Assembly (NCBI GenBank): GCA_031411295.1
Contig: JANOAV010000134.1
Location: 69,953-133,952 of the forward strand
DNA: 64,000 nucleotides
Source of the DNA: Verrucomicrobiales bacterium
GTDB lineage: Bacteria; Verrucomicrobiota; Verrucomicrobiia; Verrucomicrobiales; V1-33
Direction: 5' to 3'
In this document: piece after piece, positions 1-7,924 of the stretch
Layout of the letters: each line of letters starts with the position of its first letter
Numbering within the stretch: position 1 is the stretch's first letter
Program-made: the position numbers and the translations under genes
The notes under the pieces: generated by a model
What the model saw: the letters and a program-made list of their open reading frames with translations, nothing else
Databases searched by the model: none
What the model was told of the DNA's origin: nothing

Positions 1-186
1 AAAAAAATCCGAATGCCGCTCGCACAACCCTCGGATAAATGCTATATCCGCTTCGTCCACCGTGTTCACCCACCAATGATGCTCGTCGATCACATGCCGC
101 TGCTGCAGCAAATATTCCGCCAAGATTTCCAAATACCGTCTCCGCCCCGCCGGGCAGGTGGAAATAACACGATGGCCTTGATACAT
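1..186 (-). CDS. 5' part of an uncharacterised protein, possibly glycosyltransferase-like; runs off the window
   Basis: Manual translation from ATG at 186 gives MYQGHRVISTCPAGRRRYLEILAEYLLQQRHVIDEHHWWVNTVDEADIAFIRGLCERHSDFF, open to the window edge. Not in the ORF track. glf is nearby. Confidence 0.6.
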   Translation of the reverse strand, partial: MYQGHRVISTCPAGRRRYLEILAEYLLQQRHVIDEHHWWVNTVDEADIAFIRGLCERHSDFF

Positions 187-320
187 AAGAGTTTAAAGTG
201 GGAGAGGAGGTTCGTGTCGCACGCCCGGAAGCTGGCGCTGCGGAATTAGCAAAATAATTCTAGACAAGCAGCTAACTGGCATGGTAATGCTGCTAGAGGA
301 ACAAAAACCACAACAATCGT

Positions 321-973
321 ATGGATAAAAAAACAATAATTTCTGTAACGAATCTCAGCAGTGCAACTAACCTCGGCAGTCCCTTTGGACGGAGACAGTT
401 TTTGAAAATAGCCGGTGGGGCAGGTCTAGTATCTTTCGCGAGCCTACATGGACTGACGACGCAAGCCCAAGCAGTCACTCTGTCTGGAATAGGAGGTTCG
501 GGTCCAGTTCCCCCCTTACCTCCCGTCATTTATCTAACTGAATACGCCGCAGATTTTGGTATCCTCGTTTCAGCCCCTGCTGGAACGACCACGACGTATT
601 TGGTGTCAGGTAGCACGATTTATGTGAACGGTGATTCCATTATCTTGACCCTAAGAGGGTATAATACAGGTAAATGTCGGGATTCCGATGGTGGCCACAA
701 TTACCTAATGAAATGCTCGACTGAGTTTGAAGGTCTTACCGACTCAAACGAACGCAATGCTGTATCGGGCGTAGATCCGGCCTGGGGGATGCCGTGGATC
801 TGAACACTGTAGTTACCAAAACAATAAGCCTTGCTCAAAACCCAACTGTCTCAGTCAACGCAGTCACGTCTGGTTTCCAAGTAGTGGATCTGGGAGGAGC
901 GAACCCTGTCCAACGATGGGAGGTTATCGGCACGCGAACGTATTGGATTGAACAAAATCACTGCATTCCATAG
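321..973 (+). pseudogene. Tat-signal exported protein, apparently frameshifted (ORF 321-803, continued in -1 frame to 973)
   Basis: Twin-arginine signal GRRQFLKIAGGAG...AQA. A -1 frame is open from 731 to TAG 971-973 and abuts the next gene. A G5 run lies at 784-788. Confidence 0.55.
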
Positions 974-1743
974 TGTTATTTTTTATGAATCGTGCCGTAG
1001 GAGGTCTGATTTTATTTGTCTGTGGTATTGCTATGGGCTATCTGTTACGGAAACCCGAAAGCGATCCGCATCCATTCCAAGCGAGTGGGGGAGTGAGCGC
1101 TACTAGATCAGAAGTGTTTAAATCCTCAACGTCTCCGGCGGCGGCGAGGCTCAATTCCGGCGACGCATTTCGCCAGGATGGCAACCCGGAAGGCGAAAAA
1201 AACGGCAAGCCTATTTGGCATAGTAAGCCAGATGGTATTAGCTTAATGGGCGCTTTTGATGATGATGGCTTAATCAATATGGATATATTGAATTTGTTCG
1301 GAATTTCTGAAACCAAAAAGCAAGAATTGGAAAAATGTTTTCAACTATATCTATCTAAACTTAGAGAAGTTGAGAAATCTCATTTACAGTTAAAAAATGA
1401 CGGATCAAATCAGTTTTTTGAAATTGAACCTTTCAAGAAAGAACGCGAAGCAATGCTTACTGAATTCCAGGCATCAATGGAACACCTCGTGGAAAGAAAT
1501 GTAGCCGAAACAATCATTGGCATCGGATTGAAGAACGACGACCGAAATCGTTACTTTACTTCTGGCATCGAAACCATGAGACTATATGTCGAGAATCAAA
1601 AGGAAGGCTCCGGAGCAAGTCTCTTCGTTGTGGAAACGATTAGGCCGGATGGGCGAACTTCGGGTGCAAAACGCTCATCCATCTCTGAGAGTATGTCAAA
1701 AATGATCTCAAACCGATTCGGACACATCTTTAAACAAAATTAA
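973..1743 (+). CDS. Hypothetical membrane-anchored protein, AT-rich
   Basis: 256-aa ORF with an N-terminal hydrophobic helix (GGLILFVCGIAMGYLL); visibly AT-richer than the flanking housekeeping genes. Confidence 0.7.
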   Translation: MLFFMNRAVGGLILFVCGIAMGYLLRKPESDPHPFQASGGVSATRSEVFKSSTSPAAARLNSGDAFRQDGNPEGEKNGKPIWHSKPDGISLMGAFDDDGLINMDILNLFGISETKKQELEKCFQLYLSKLREVEKSHLQLKNDGSNQFFEIEPFKKEREAMLTEFQASMEHLVERNVAETIIGIGLKNDDRNRYFTSGIETMRLYVENQKEGSGASLFVVETIRPDGRTSGAKRSSISESMSKMISNRFGHIFKQN

Positions 1744-1843
1744 TTTTCAGAAATCTCGCCACTGTTACGCATCAATCTTGTGTGCTTCCCACCCAAAAAG
1801 GAATGGCAGTAATCCGCAGGGTAAGGAAGGGCGCACTATCAGC

Positions 1844-2947
1844 ATGAAAGCAATCATTATCGGTGCTGGACTAAGTGGCACAAGTGCAGCAGTATCGCTG
1901 CTGGAATGTGGGTATACTATTGAAATATTCGAGTCCAGACTCCATAAAGCGGGAAATTGTTCAGACGAAAAACGCGGGATTACCACCCTCCATACCTACG
2001 GTCCGCATTTGTTTCACACGAACGATGACGAGGTTTGGAATTTCCTCAGTCGCTTCACGGAATGGACGCCCAACCAGCATAAAGTGGTGGCGGACACCGC
2101 GCGCGGGCGCATTTCCATTCCTTACAATTACAACACGATCAAACAGCTACGAGGGGAACTAACGGATGCAGAGATCCGGGAATTGATATTTGCAGACTAC
2201 TCCGCCAAGCAATGGGGGATGCCATGGCATGAGCTGCCTGCGGCTATCACCGGGCGTGTGCCAGCCCGGAGGGAGAACGCGGATGATCGTTATTTTACCG
2301 ACAAATACCAAGCGCAGCCGAAGGAGGGCTACACGAAGATGTTCGAGCGAATGCTGGAAGGGATTCCCGTGCACCTGGGAGTTGGCAAAGAAGAATGGCG
2401 GAAGCATGCGGGCAAGGCGGATCTTGTGATCTACACGGGAAAAATCGATGAATATTTCAACTACTGCTACGGCAGGCTGCCTTACCGCAGCCTACGCTTC
2501 GAGCATTACGAGAGCACAGAGCGCCTGCCTCATGCAGTGATTAACCAGTGCAATCCGAAGCCCTACACGCGGATTTATGATCATCGGTATTTTACCGAGT
2601 GCAATTCTCCGGCTCTCACAGCGGAGCCACAGACGCTGCCACCGGAGGATGCTTTGCCTCGTGGTGCGGTGAAGTGGGACGGAAGGAGCGAGGGTGCTCC
2701 TGCTACGATAATCACGAAGGAATACCCAATGGCGCATGACTCTACAAATGAGCCATTTTACCCCATGCCGTTTGGTCCAGGGATGGAACTCTATCAGAAA
2801 TACAAAAAACTAGCTGATGCCGAACCCCGCACCATTTTCTTGGGAAGGCTTGCCACATACAGCTACCTGGACATGTGGATGGCGGTGAAACAAGCGATGG
2901 TGAAGCTACGACCAATCATCGGGAAGGGGAACTATGAGGCAAATTAG
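1844..2947 (+). CDS. glf: UDP-galactopyranose mutase
   Basis: IIGAGLSG FAD motif, HTYGPHLFHT, LPYRSLRF, EPFYP and GRLATYSYLDM. Start set at ATG 1844. Confidence 0.93.
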   Translation: MKAIIIGAGLSGTSAAVSLLECGYTIEIFESRLHKAGNCSDEKRGITTLHTYGPHLFHTNDDEVWNFLSRFTEWTPNQHKVVADTARGRISIPYNYNTIKQLRGELTDAEIRELIFADYSAKQWGMPWHELPAAITGRVPARRENADDRYFTDKYQAQPKEGYTKMFERMLEGIPVHLGVGKEEWRKHAGKADLVIYTGKIDEYFNYCYGRLPYRSLRFEHYESTERLPHAVINQCNPKPYTRIYDHRYFTECNSPALTAEPQTLPPEDALPRGAVKWDGRSEGAPATIITKEYPMAHDSTNEPFYPMPFGPGMELYQKYKKLADAEPRTIFLGRLATYSYLDMWMAVKQAMVKLRPIIGKGNYEAN

Positions 2948-3021
2948 TAGCGTCAGCAAAGGCACAGAGGTTGGCAGGACCGAAAAGCGGAGCCGAAAGG
3001 ATGACCGACTACGTGGAGGGC

Positions 3022-4215
3022 TTAAAACCTGCCCCAAGCGCTGGGGATGACCCGCACCAGTTCAATGAAACGCTTGCCCTGGGTGGTCTTGCTCCATTTG
3101 AATTCCGCCACTGCTTTGTTGAAATGAAGCGTTCCGGCCCGATTTACGATCGCTTCGGCTGTCGCGCTGTCGGGCTGGGCGCTGGCCACGAAGGCCCGGG
3201 GATGATCACTGGGGAATGACGGGGTGATGTCCACCTTGGGCCAAGTTTCGAGTCCCGCCACCGGTAGCTGCGTTTGCGAGGGGCGGGCCAGGACATAGGC
3301 CACAAGAGAAGCCTCCCCCGGGGCGCTGAGGAAAGCATTGAGGGCATCATTGGCCTGCTGGGTTAGCGCATCGGCATGCAACAGCAGTTTGCCCTGCTCC
3401 TGTTGCACAATGAAGACTGGACCACGTTCGTCGGTGGGTTCCACGATGATGAGATAATCCTCACTGCCGGAGACGCGGGTGCAGGAGGTGGCGGCTAAAT
3501 TTTCACGTTTGAGGTCGGGGAAGATATTTCCAGAAAATTCGGCTGGGCGACCACTCAGGGAGAGCATGCTGAGTTTCCCCCCCTGTGCGGAACCGGAGTG
3601 CAGGAATTGAGCCACGGCATCCTGAGCCTCATTCATCGCCTGCGACCGCAGCTTTTCCTGCCGCGCCTTTTCCTGCACCACTTGCGCTGTCAGGTCCATG
3701 GGCACATTAAAAGTTTTCGGAGCGGCCTTCAGCGGCACACTATAAAAAGCCACGGCCAATCCGAAACCAGTAGCCACCAATGCCAACCCTACGGTCCCCC
3801 AACCCAGCAACTGGGGCAGGCTGGGCCCGGAATCGTCGATCCGCGGCAAGCGCGTGCGACGGAAGCGCTCCCGAATCTTGGCTAAACGTCCCTCGATCCG
3901 CTGGCGGGAATTGGGATCTGGATTGAGCATTTTCTCGGTCGCCAGCGCCTCGGTGGACGGCGGGACGGCGGGCTCCACAGGCTTCGGAACACGCTTTCGG
4001 ACCTTGGTGCGTTGCAGCACTTCAGCGGGAATACTCGAGGGGAATTGTTGCTGCTCCCATTCCTCGAAAGTCGGGGCTCGGGCATCTCCACCGCAATACG
4101 GGCAGGGACCACTCGCTCCCAAGAATGAAAACGGCACCTCCAACGTGCTGGTGCACGTTTGGCAATCGAACTCGATCGCTTCGGGGTAAGTCATAGTGGA
4201 ACCTAGAGTGGACAT
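3022..4215 (-). CDS. Hypothetical zinc-ribbon single-pass membrane protein
   Basis: N-terminal CQTC...CPYC, Pro-rich linker, one TM helix and a C-terminal soluble domain. Confidence 0.75.
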   Translation of the reverse strand: MSTLGSTMTYPEAIEFDCQTCTSTLEVPFSFLGASGPCPYCGGDARAPTFEEWEQQQFPSSIPAEVLQRTKVRKRVPKPVEPAVPPSTEALATEKMLNPDPNSRQRIEGRLAKIRERFRRTRLPRIDDSGPSLPQLLGWGTVGLALVATGFGLAVAFYSVPLKAAPKTFNVPMDLTAQVVQEKARQEKLRSQAMNEAQDAVAQFLHSGSAQGGKLSMLSLSGRPAEFSGNIFPDLKRENLAATSCTRVSGSEDYLIIVEPTDERGPVFIVQQEQGKLLLHADALTQQANDALNAFLSAPGEASLVAYVLARPSQTQLPVAGLETWPKVDITPSFPSDHPRAFVASAQPDSATAEAIVNRAGTLHFNKAVAEFKWSKTTQGKRFIELVRVIPSAWGRF

Positions 4216-4354
4216 TGTATTAAGCTGAATAGTCTATCTTAATAAATTATGAACTCCAGTGAAATTTTTTAAAATTTCGCTTCGCCAATTAGGGTAAGTA
4301 AATCTCTGTCAAAGGATCGAATTTCGCTTTCCAAATAGCAGGGTCTCCGGCTAA

Positions 4355-4376
4355 TGTCACCTTTTCGTCACATTGT
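4355..4376 (+). promoter_or_regulatory. Putative Pho box upstream of the DUF47 gene
   Basis: TGTCAC (4355) and CGTCAC (4366) direct repeats with 11-bp periodicity, as in PhoB boxes. Confidence 0.5.
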
Positions 4377-4418
4377 TCCTCTTTTCTTTAAGCCCACCGC
4401 CCATTATCACCGAGCACT

Positions 4419-5066
4419 ATGTTCAGCCTTCAACGATTCTTCGGTCTTCAACGATTCTTCGGTAAACCGGATAAGTTCTTCAGCCTCCTCGAAGCCAGTG
4501 CCGGCCAAGCCAAAGCCAGCATTGATCAGGTCGTCCACGTCATCAGTAATCCTGAGCAGGTGCCCAGTTTGGACGAATTCGTCTTTTCCCGCCGCAAGGA
4601 AAAGCGGATTACCGAGGAAATCAGCGAGGAACTGGTGCGCACCTTTGTGACGGCCTTGGAACGGGAAGACATCGAGCAACTAGCTCGTGCGCTCTACCGC
4701 ATTCCCAAGACGGCGGAGAAATTTGCGGAACGCTTCATTCTGGGAGCCCGGATTGCCAAGCACACGGACTTCACCCGTCACGTGGGTCTGCTCGGCCAAG
4801 CCGCCGAAACCCTGCAGGAAATGGTCAAGGGCCTCCGCGGTCAGATGAATCTGGCGAGGATGAAAGAATTCAACGATCGTCTGCAATACTTCGAAGGCGA
4901 GGCTGACAAACTCATGCTCGACCACTATCGGGAACTCTATGACGGCACGCACGAGGCGACCACGATCTTTATCCTGAAGGACTTGTTCGAAATTCTCGAA
5001 ACCTGCGTGGACTGCTGTCGTGACACCGGCAATGTCATTTACAATATTGTCCTGAAAAATTCCTAG
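4419..5066 (+). CDS. DUF47 / PhoU-like phosphate transport regulator
   Basis: FFSLLE, TFVTALEREDI, EGEADKL and KDLFEILE..D motifs. Confidence 0.88.
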   Translation: MFSLQRFFGLQRFFGKPDKFFSLLEASAGQAKASIDQVVHVISNPEQVPSLDEFVFSRRKEKRITEEISEELVRTFVTALEREDIEQLARALYRIPKTAEKFAERFILGARIAKHTDFTRHVGLLGQAAETLQEMVKGLRGQMNLARMKEFNDRLQYFEGEADKLMLDHYRELYDGTHEATTIFILKDLFEILETCVDCCRDTGNVIYNIVLKNS

Positions 5067-5331
5067 CCCAAGCTCATGCGGTTGGATTCATTCCGTAGCC
5101 CGCTCGAAGGGTAGCGTGAAAAATATTGACGCAGTCGCAACTGACAAAAAGTTGGCCCGATACCTGCTCATTCTCTTAGTTCATGGGGGAATGAAAAGTG
5201 ACTCCCGGCCGTGCTGGCCGATACCTGATTTTTGAGAGCAACGGCAGGTGTTGGCAAGGGGGACACGTGCCGGGAGCCACCTCCCCCGCCCTCGTGATAG
5301 CACTCCACGGCTGGCGATCACCCGGAAGGGT

Positions 5332-6417
5332 TCAGGGATAGATAATCTCAGAGAAAACGCCGCCGCCCAACAAAATTTCCCCTTGATAGAAAGCACAGAT
5401 TTGTCCCGGGGCCAGCGCCCGCTGGGGTTCGTGGAAATGAACCGCAAAGGCCCCGTCGGCCAACGGTTCCACCCGGCAATTGGCCGCTGGAGAACGATAT
5501 CGTGGCATGGCGCTGATCTCGCTCGGTTCAGTGATCGCGTGGTTCACGAAACTCACGTTGGTGACCCGGCACTCCTGCGCATAGAGCATGGGGGCGTCCG
5601 GTTGTTCCAAGGCCACCACTAATTCTTTGGTAGCGGGACGTTTGGCCACCACGACGTAAGCCACTTTGTAAATGGGGGAGGCCACGCCGAACCCTCGGCG
5701 TTGTCCCAACGTGTAAAGATGCAGCCCCTGATGCGTGCCCAAGATCTTGCCCGTGGGATCGACAATATTTCCCGGATCATCCGGCACGAAGGCGCGCAGG
5801 AAATCACTCATCTTCACCTGGCCGATAAAGCAGATGCCCTGACTGTCCTTCTTGGTGGCGGTGAGTAAATTATGCCGTGCGGCCAACGCGCGCACTTCGG
5901 GCTTGAGCAGGTGGCCAATGGGGAACATCGCATGCCGCGCCTGATGCTGCTGGAGCAGGGCTAGAAAATACGTCTGATCCTTGTTGGGATCGGCCCCGCG
6001 CAGGACGTCGGTGGTGCCATCTAATTGCAATTTGGTCTGCGCATAGTGCCCGGTGGCCACCGCACTGAAACCATATTCTTTGGCGTAATCGAGAAACACG
6101 CCAAATTTAATTTCCCGGTTACACATCACATCGGGATTCGGGGTGATGCCGTTCTGATACCCCGCCAGCAAATATTCCACCACCCGATTCCGGTAATCGT
6201 GCATCAAGTTCACCACGCGAAATTCGATCCCCAGGCGCTCCGCCACCCCGCGTGCATCCTCGATATCCTGCTGCCATGGGCAATCGCCAATGATGTTCTC
6301 CTCATTGATCCAATTCTTCATATACGCCCCCACGACCTCATGCCCTTGCTCAATGAGCAAGGCGGTGGCGGCGCTACTATCAACCCCGCCGGACATCGCT
6401 GAAAGAATCCGGGCCAT
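5332..6417 (-). CDS. mnmA: tRNA-specific 2-thiouridylase MnmA
   Basis: SGGVDS PP-loop, [24 protein letters not shown] and APGQ. Confidence 0.97.
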   Translation of the reverse strand: MARILSAMSGGVDSSAATALLIEQGHEVVGAYMKNWINEENIIGDCPWQQDIEDARGVAERLGIEFRVVNLMHDYRNRVVEYLLAGYQNGITPNPDVMCNREIKFGVFLDYAKEYGFSAVATGHYAQTKLQLDGTTDVLRGADPNKDQTYFLALLQQHQARHAMFPIGHLLKPEVRALAARHNLLTATKKDSQGICFIGQVKMSDFLRAFVPDDPGNIVDPTGKILGTHQGLHLYTLGQRRGFGVASPIYKVAYVVVAKRPATKELVVALEQPDAPMLYAQECRVTNVSFVNHAITEPSEISAMPRYRSPAANCRVEPLADGAFAVHFHEPQRALAPGQICAFYQGEILLGGGVFSEIIYP

Positions 6418-6616
6418 AAATGAAGAGCACTGGCTTAACCGAGGTCATGCCGGGACGCAAGTGGTGGATGGGCACCGCGGGGCGGGATCCACTCTATCCA
6501 CCGAGGCCAAAGGAAGAACTGCGCTGGCATCCGCCAGAAGACACCTCACCACGCCGACGTTCCGCATGCTCGAAATCACAACTTGCAATTATTGTGTTAT
6601 TTGCGAATGTGTAGCC

Positions 6617-6829
6617 ATGGCTAGAAAATCATTTCACATCTTCCCTAATTCTCAGGGGGCTTGGGTGGTGCGCGCAACGGGTTCTGTGCGTGCCGCTAAG
6701 GTATGTCAGAGTGAAAGTGAGGCAATCGCCCATGTGCGCTCAAAATCCGCAGAACCCATCTACATCCATCGACGGGATGGATTAATCGCCAGAAAGGAAA
6801 TGGTTCGCGCTTCCATTCCGGCTCGATGA
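6617..6829 (+). CDS. DUF2188-like small protein
   Basis: MARKSFHIFPNSQGAWVVRATGSVRA...SEAIAH...IYIHRRDGLI fits the DUF2188 pattern (HVVP-W-V...IH.RDG.I). ATGA overlap with the next gene. Confidence 0.75.
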   Translation: MARKSFHIFPNSQGAWVVRATGSVRAAKVCQSESEAIAHVRSKSAEPIYIHRRDGLIARKEMVRASIPAR

Positions 6830-7890
6830 AGGTGGTGAAGTCTGTGATAGACACATTTTCTCAAAAGGTATTCATCAATTGCCCTTTTGATCCTGAGTAT
6901 CGACCGATGCTGTTGGCGACGATCTTCGCAGTTCAGTATCTAGGACTAATTCCTATGCTAGCGTTAGATTCGCAAGACTCAGGAGAGGTTCGATTCCACA
7001 AAATTGTCGATTTGATAAGCACGTGCCAATACGGGATTCATGACCTCTCGAGGTGCACCGCTGAGGAGAAAGGGGAATTCTTTCGATTGAATATGCCCCT
7101 AGAACTGGGTCTTGATTTGGGAGCAAGATACTTTGGCTCAGATCAGCTACGAAAAAAGAAATGCCTCATTATGGAAACCGAGCGATACCGCTATCAAAAA
7201 GCGATTTCAGATATTGGGGGCTCGGATATTAAAGCGCACAAGAACAGTCCAGACGAAGTAATTCGCATCATCCGAGATTGGCTTGTAACGGATGCCAAAC
7301 CGAGGTGGTGTCCCCCTGCGTCTGAAATATTGGCGCGTTATTTTGACTTTCTAGCGGATGAGCATGACCGCATTGTAAAGCTGGTTTGGCAACCAAATGA
7401 GGTTGCACGCATCCAAGTGCCTGAATTTAAGCGGAACGCGGGGGCATGGATCCGGAGAAATTACACGATTATTGCCAACAAAGGAAGCTTACCAGTTGGA
7501 ATTAAGATAAAGGGAAGCCCAGGCCTTGTTCACAGTCCCTATGACACAACTGGCAGAGTGGATGTAAAAGGGATACCAAAGGGAACGAAAGTCGAATGCC
7601 CCTACACTGGCGGACATTTCTTAGTCCCTTCGCAGAGACCAGTTCCGACCAGTCGCAGCCCGAATGGATCTGCTGTAGCCGCCCCTCGCCCCTCAATATT
7701 TCCCAATTTCCCTCTTGCCACCCCGGCGGCTCCCCTTAGATTCCGCGCTCTATTTTCAGCGTCATTGATCTCAGTAGGAGCCCCATGTGAGATCAAATTG
7801 ATGACCCATTCCCGGTTCGGAATTTCCTTAAAACGAAATTTTGTGTCAGGAGCGGAACATCGGCTGGGGGGCAACGTCGGAAATAATTAA
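6826..7890 (+). CDS. TIR/nucleoside-2-deoxyribosyltransferase-like domain protein fused to a small SPY/CPY domain; last ~85 aa probably run-on
   Basis: VFINCPFD...IHDLSR...NMPLELG, followed by LPVGIKIKGSPGLVHSPY..VDVKG..VECPYTGGHFLVP. The tail overlaps the rpsA promoter/leader. Confidence 0.7.
   Translation: MKVVKSVIDTFSQKVFINCPFDPEYRPMLLATIFAVQYLGLIPMLALDSQDSGEVRFHKIVDLISTCQYGIHDLSRCTAEEKGEFFRLNMPLELGLDLGARYFGSDQLRKKKCLIMETERYRYQKAISDIGGSDIKAHKNSPDEVIRIIRDWLVTDAKPRWCPPASEILARYFDFLADEHDRIVKLVWQPNEVARIQVPEFKRNAGAWIRRNYTIIANKGSLPVGIKIKGSPGLVHSPYDTTGRVDVKGIPKGTKVECPYTGGHFLVPSQRPVPTSRSPNGSAVAAPRPSIFPNFPLATPAAPLRFRALFSASLISVGAPCEIKLMTHSRFGISLKRNFVSGAEHRLGGNVGNN
7715..7742 (+). promoter_or_regulatory. 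Putative sigma70 promoter of rpsA
   Basis: TTGCCA-16 bp-TAGATT, about 180 nt upstream of rpsA. Confidence 0.4.
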
Positions 7891-7924
7891 CCACACAACC
7901 TAACAACTAACCACATATCACATC

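Noticed and set aside
13..249. Plus-strand 78-aa ORF
   Set aside because: The minus-strand frame from ATG 186 is more protein-like.
801..803. Selenocysteine/readthrough at the TGA of ORF 321-803
   Set aside because: An in-frame TAG follows two codons later; a frameshift explains the region better.
5151..5296. SRP RNA (ffs) identity for the intergenic hairpin
   Set aside because: Lacks the conserved CAGG...GNRA...AGCA domain IV motif; kept only as an unassigned structure.
6290..6616. N-terminal extension of the 179-aa ORF
   Set aside because: Overlaps the mnmA start on the opposite strand; the DUF2188-like part begins at ATG 6617.
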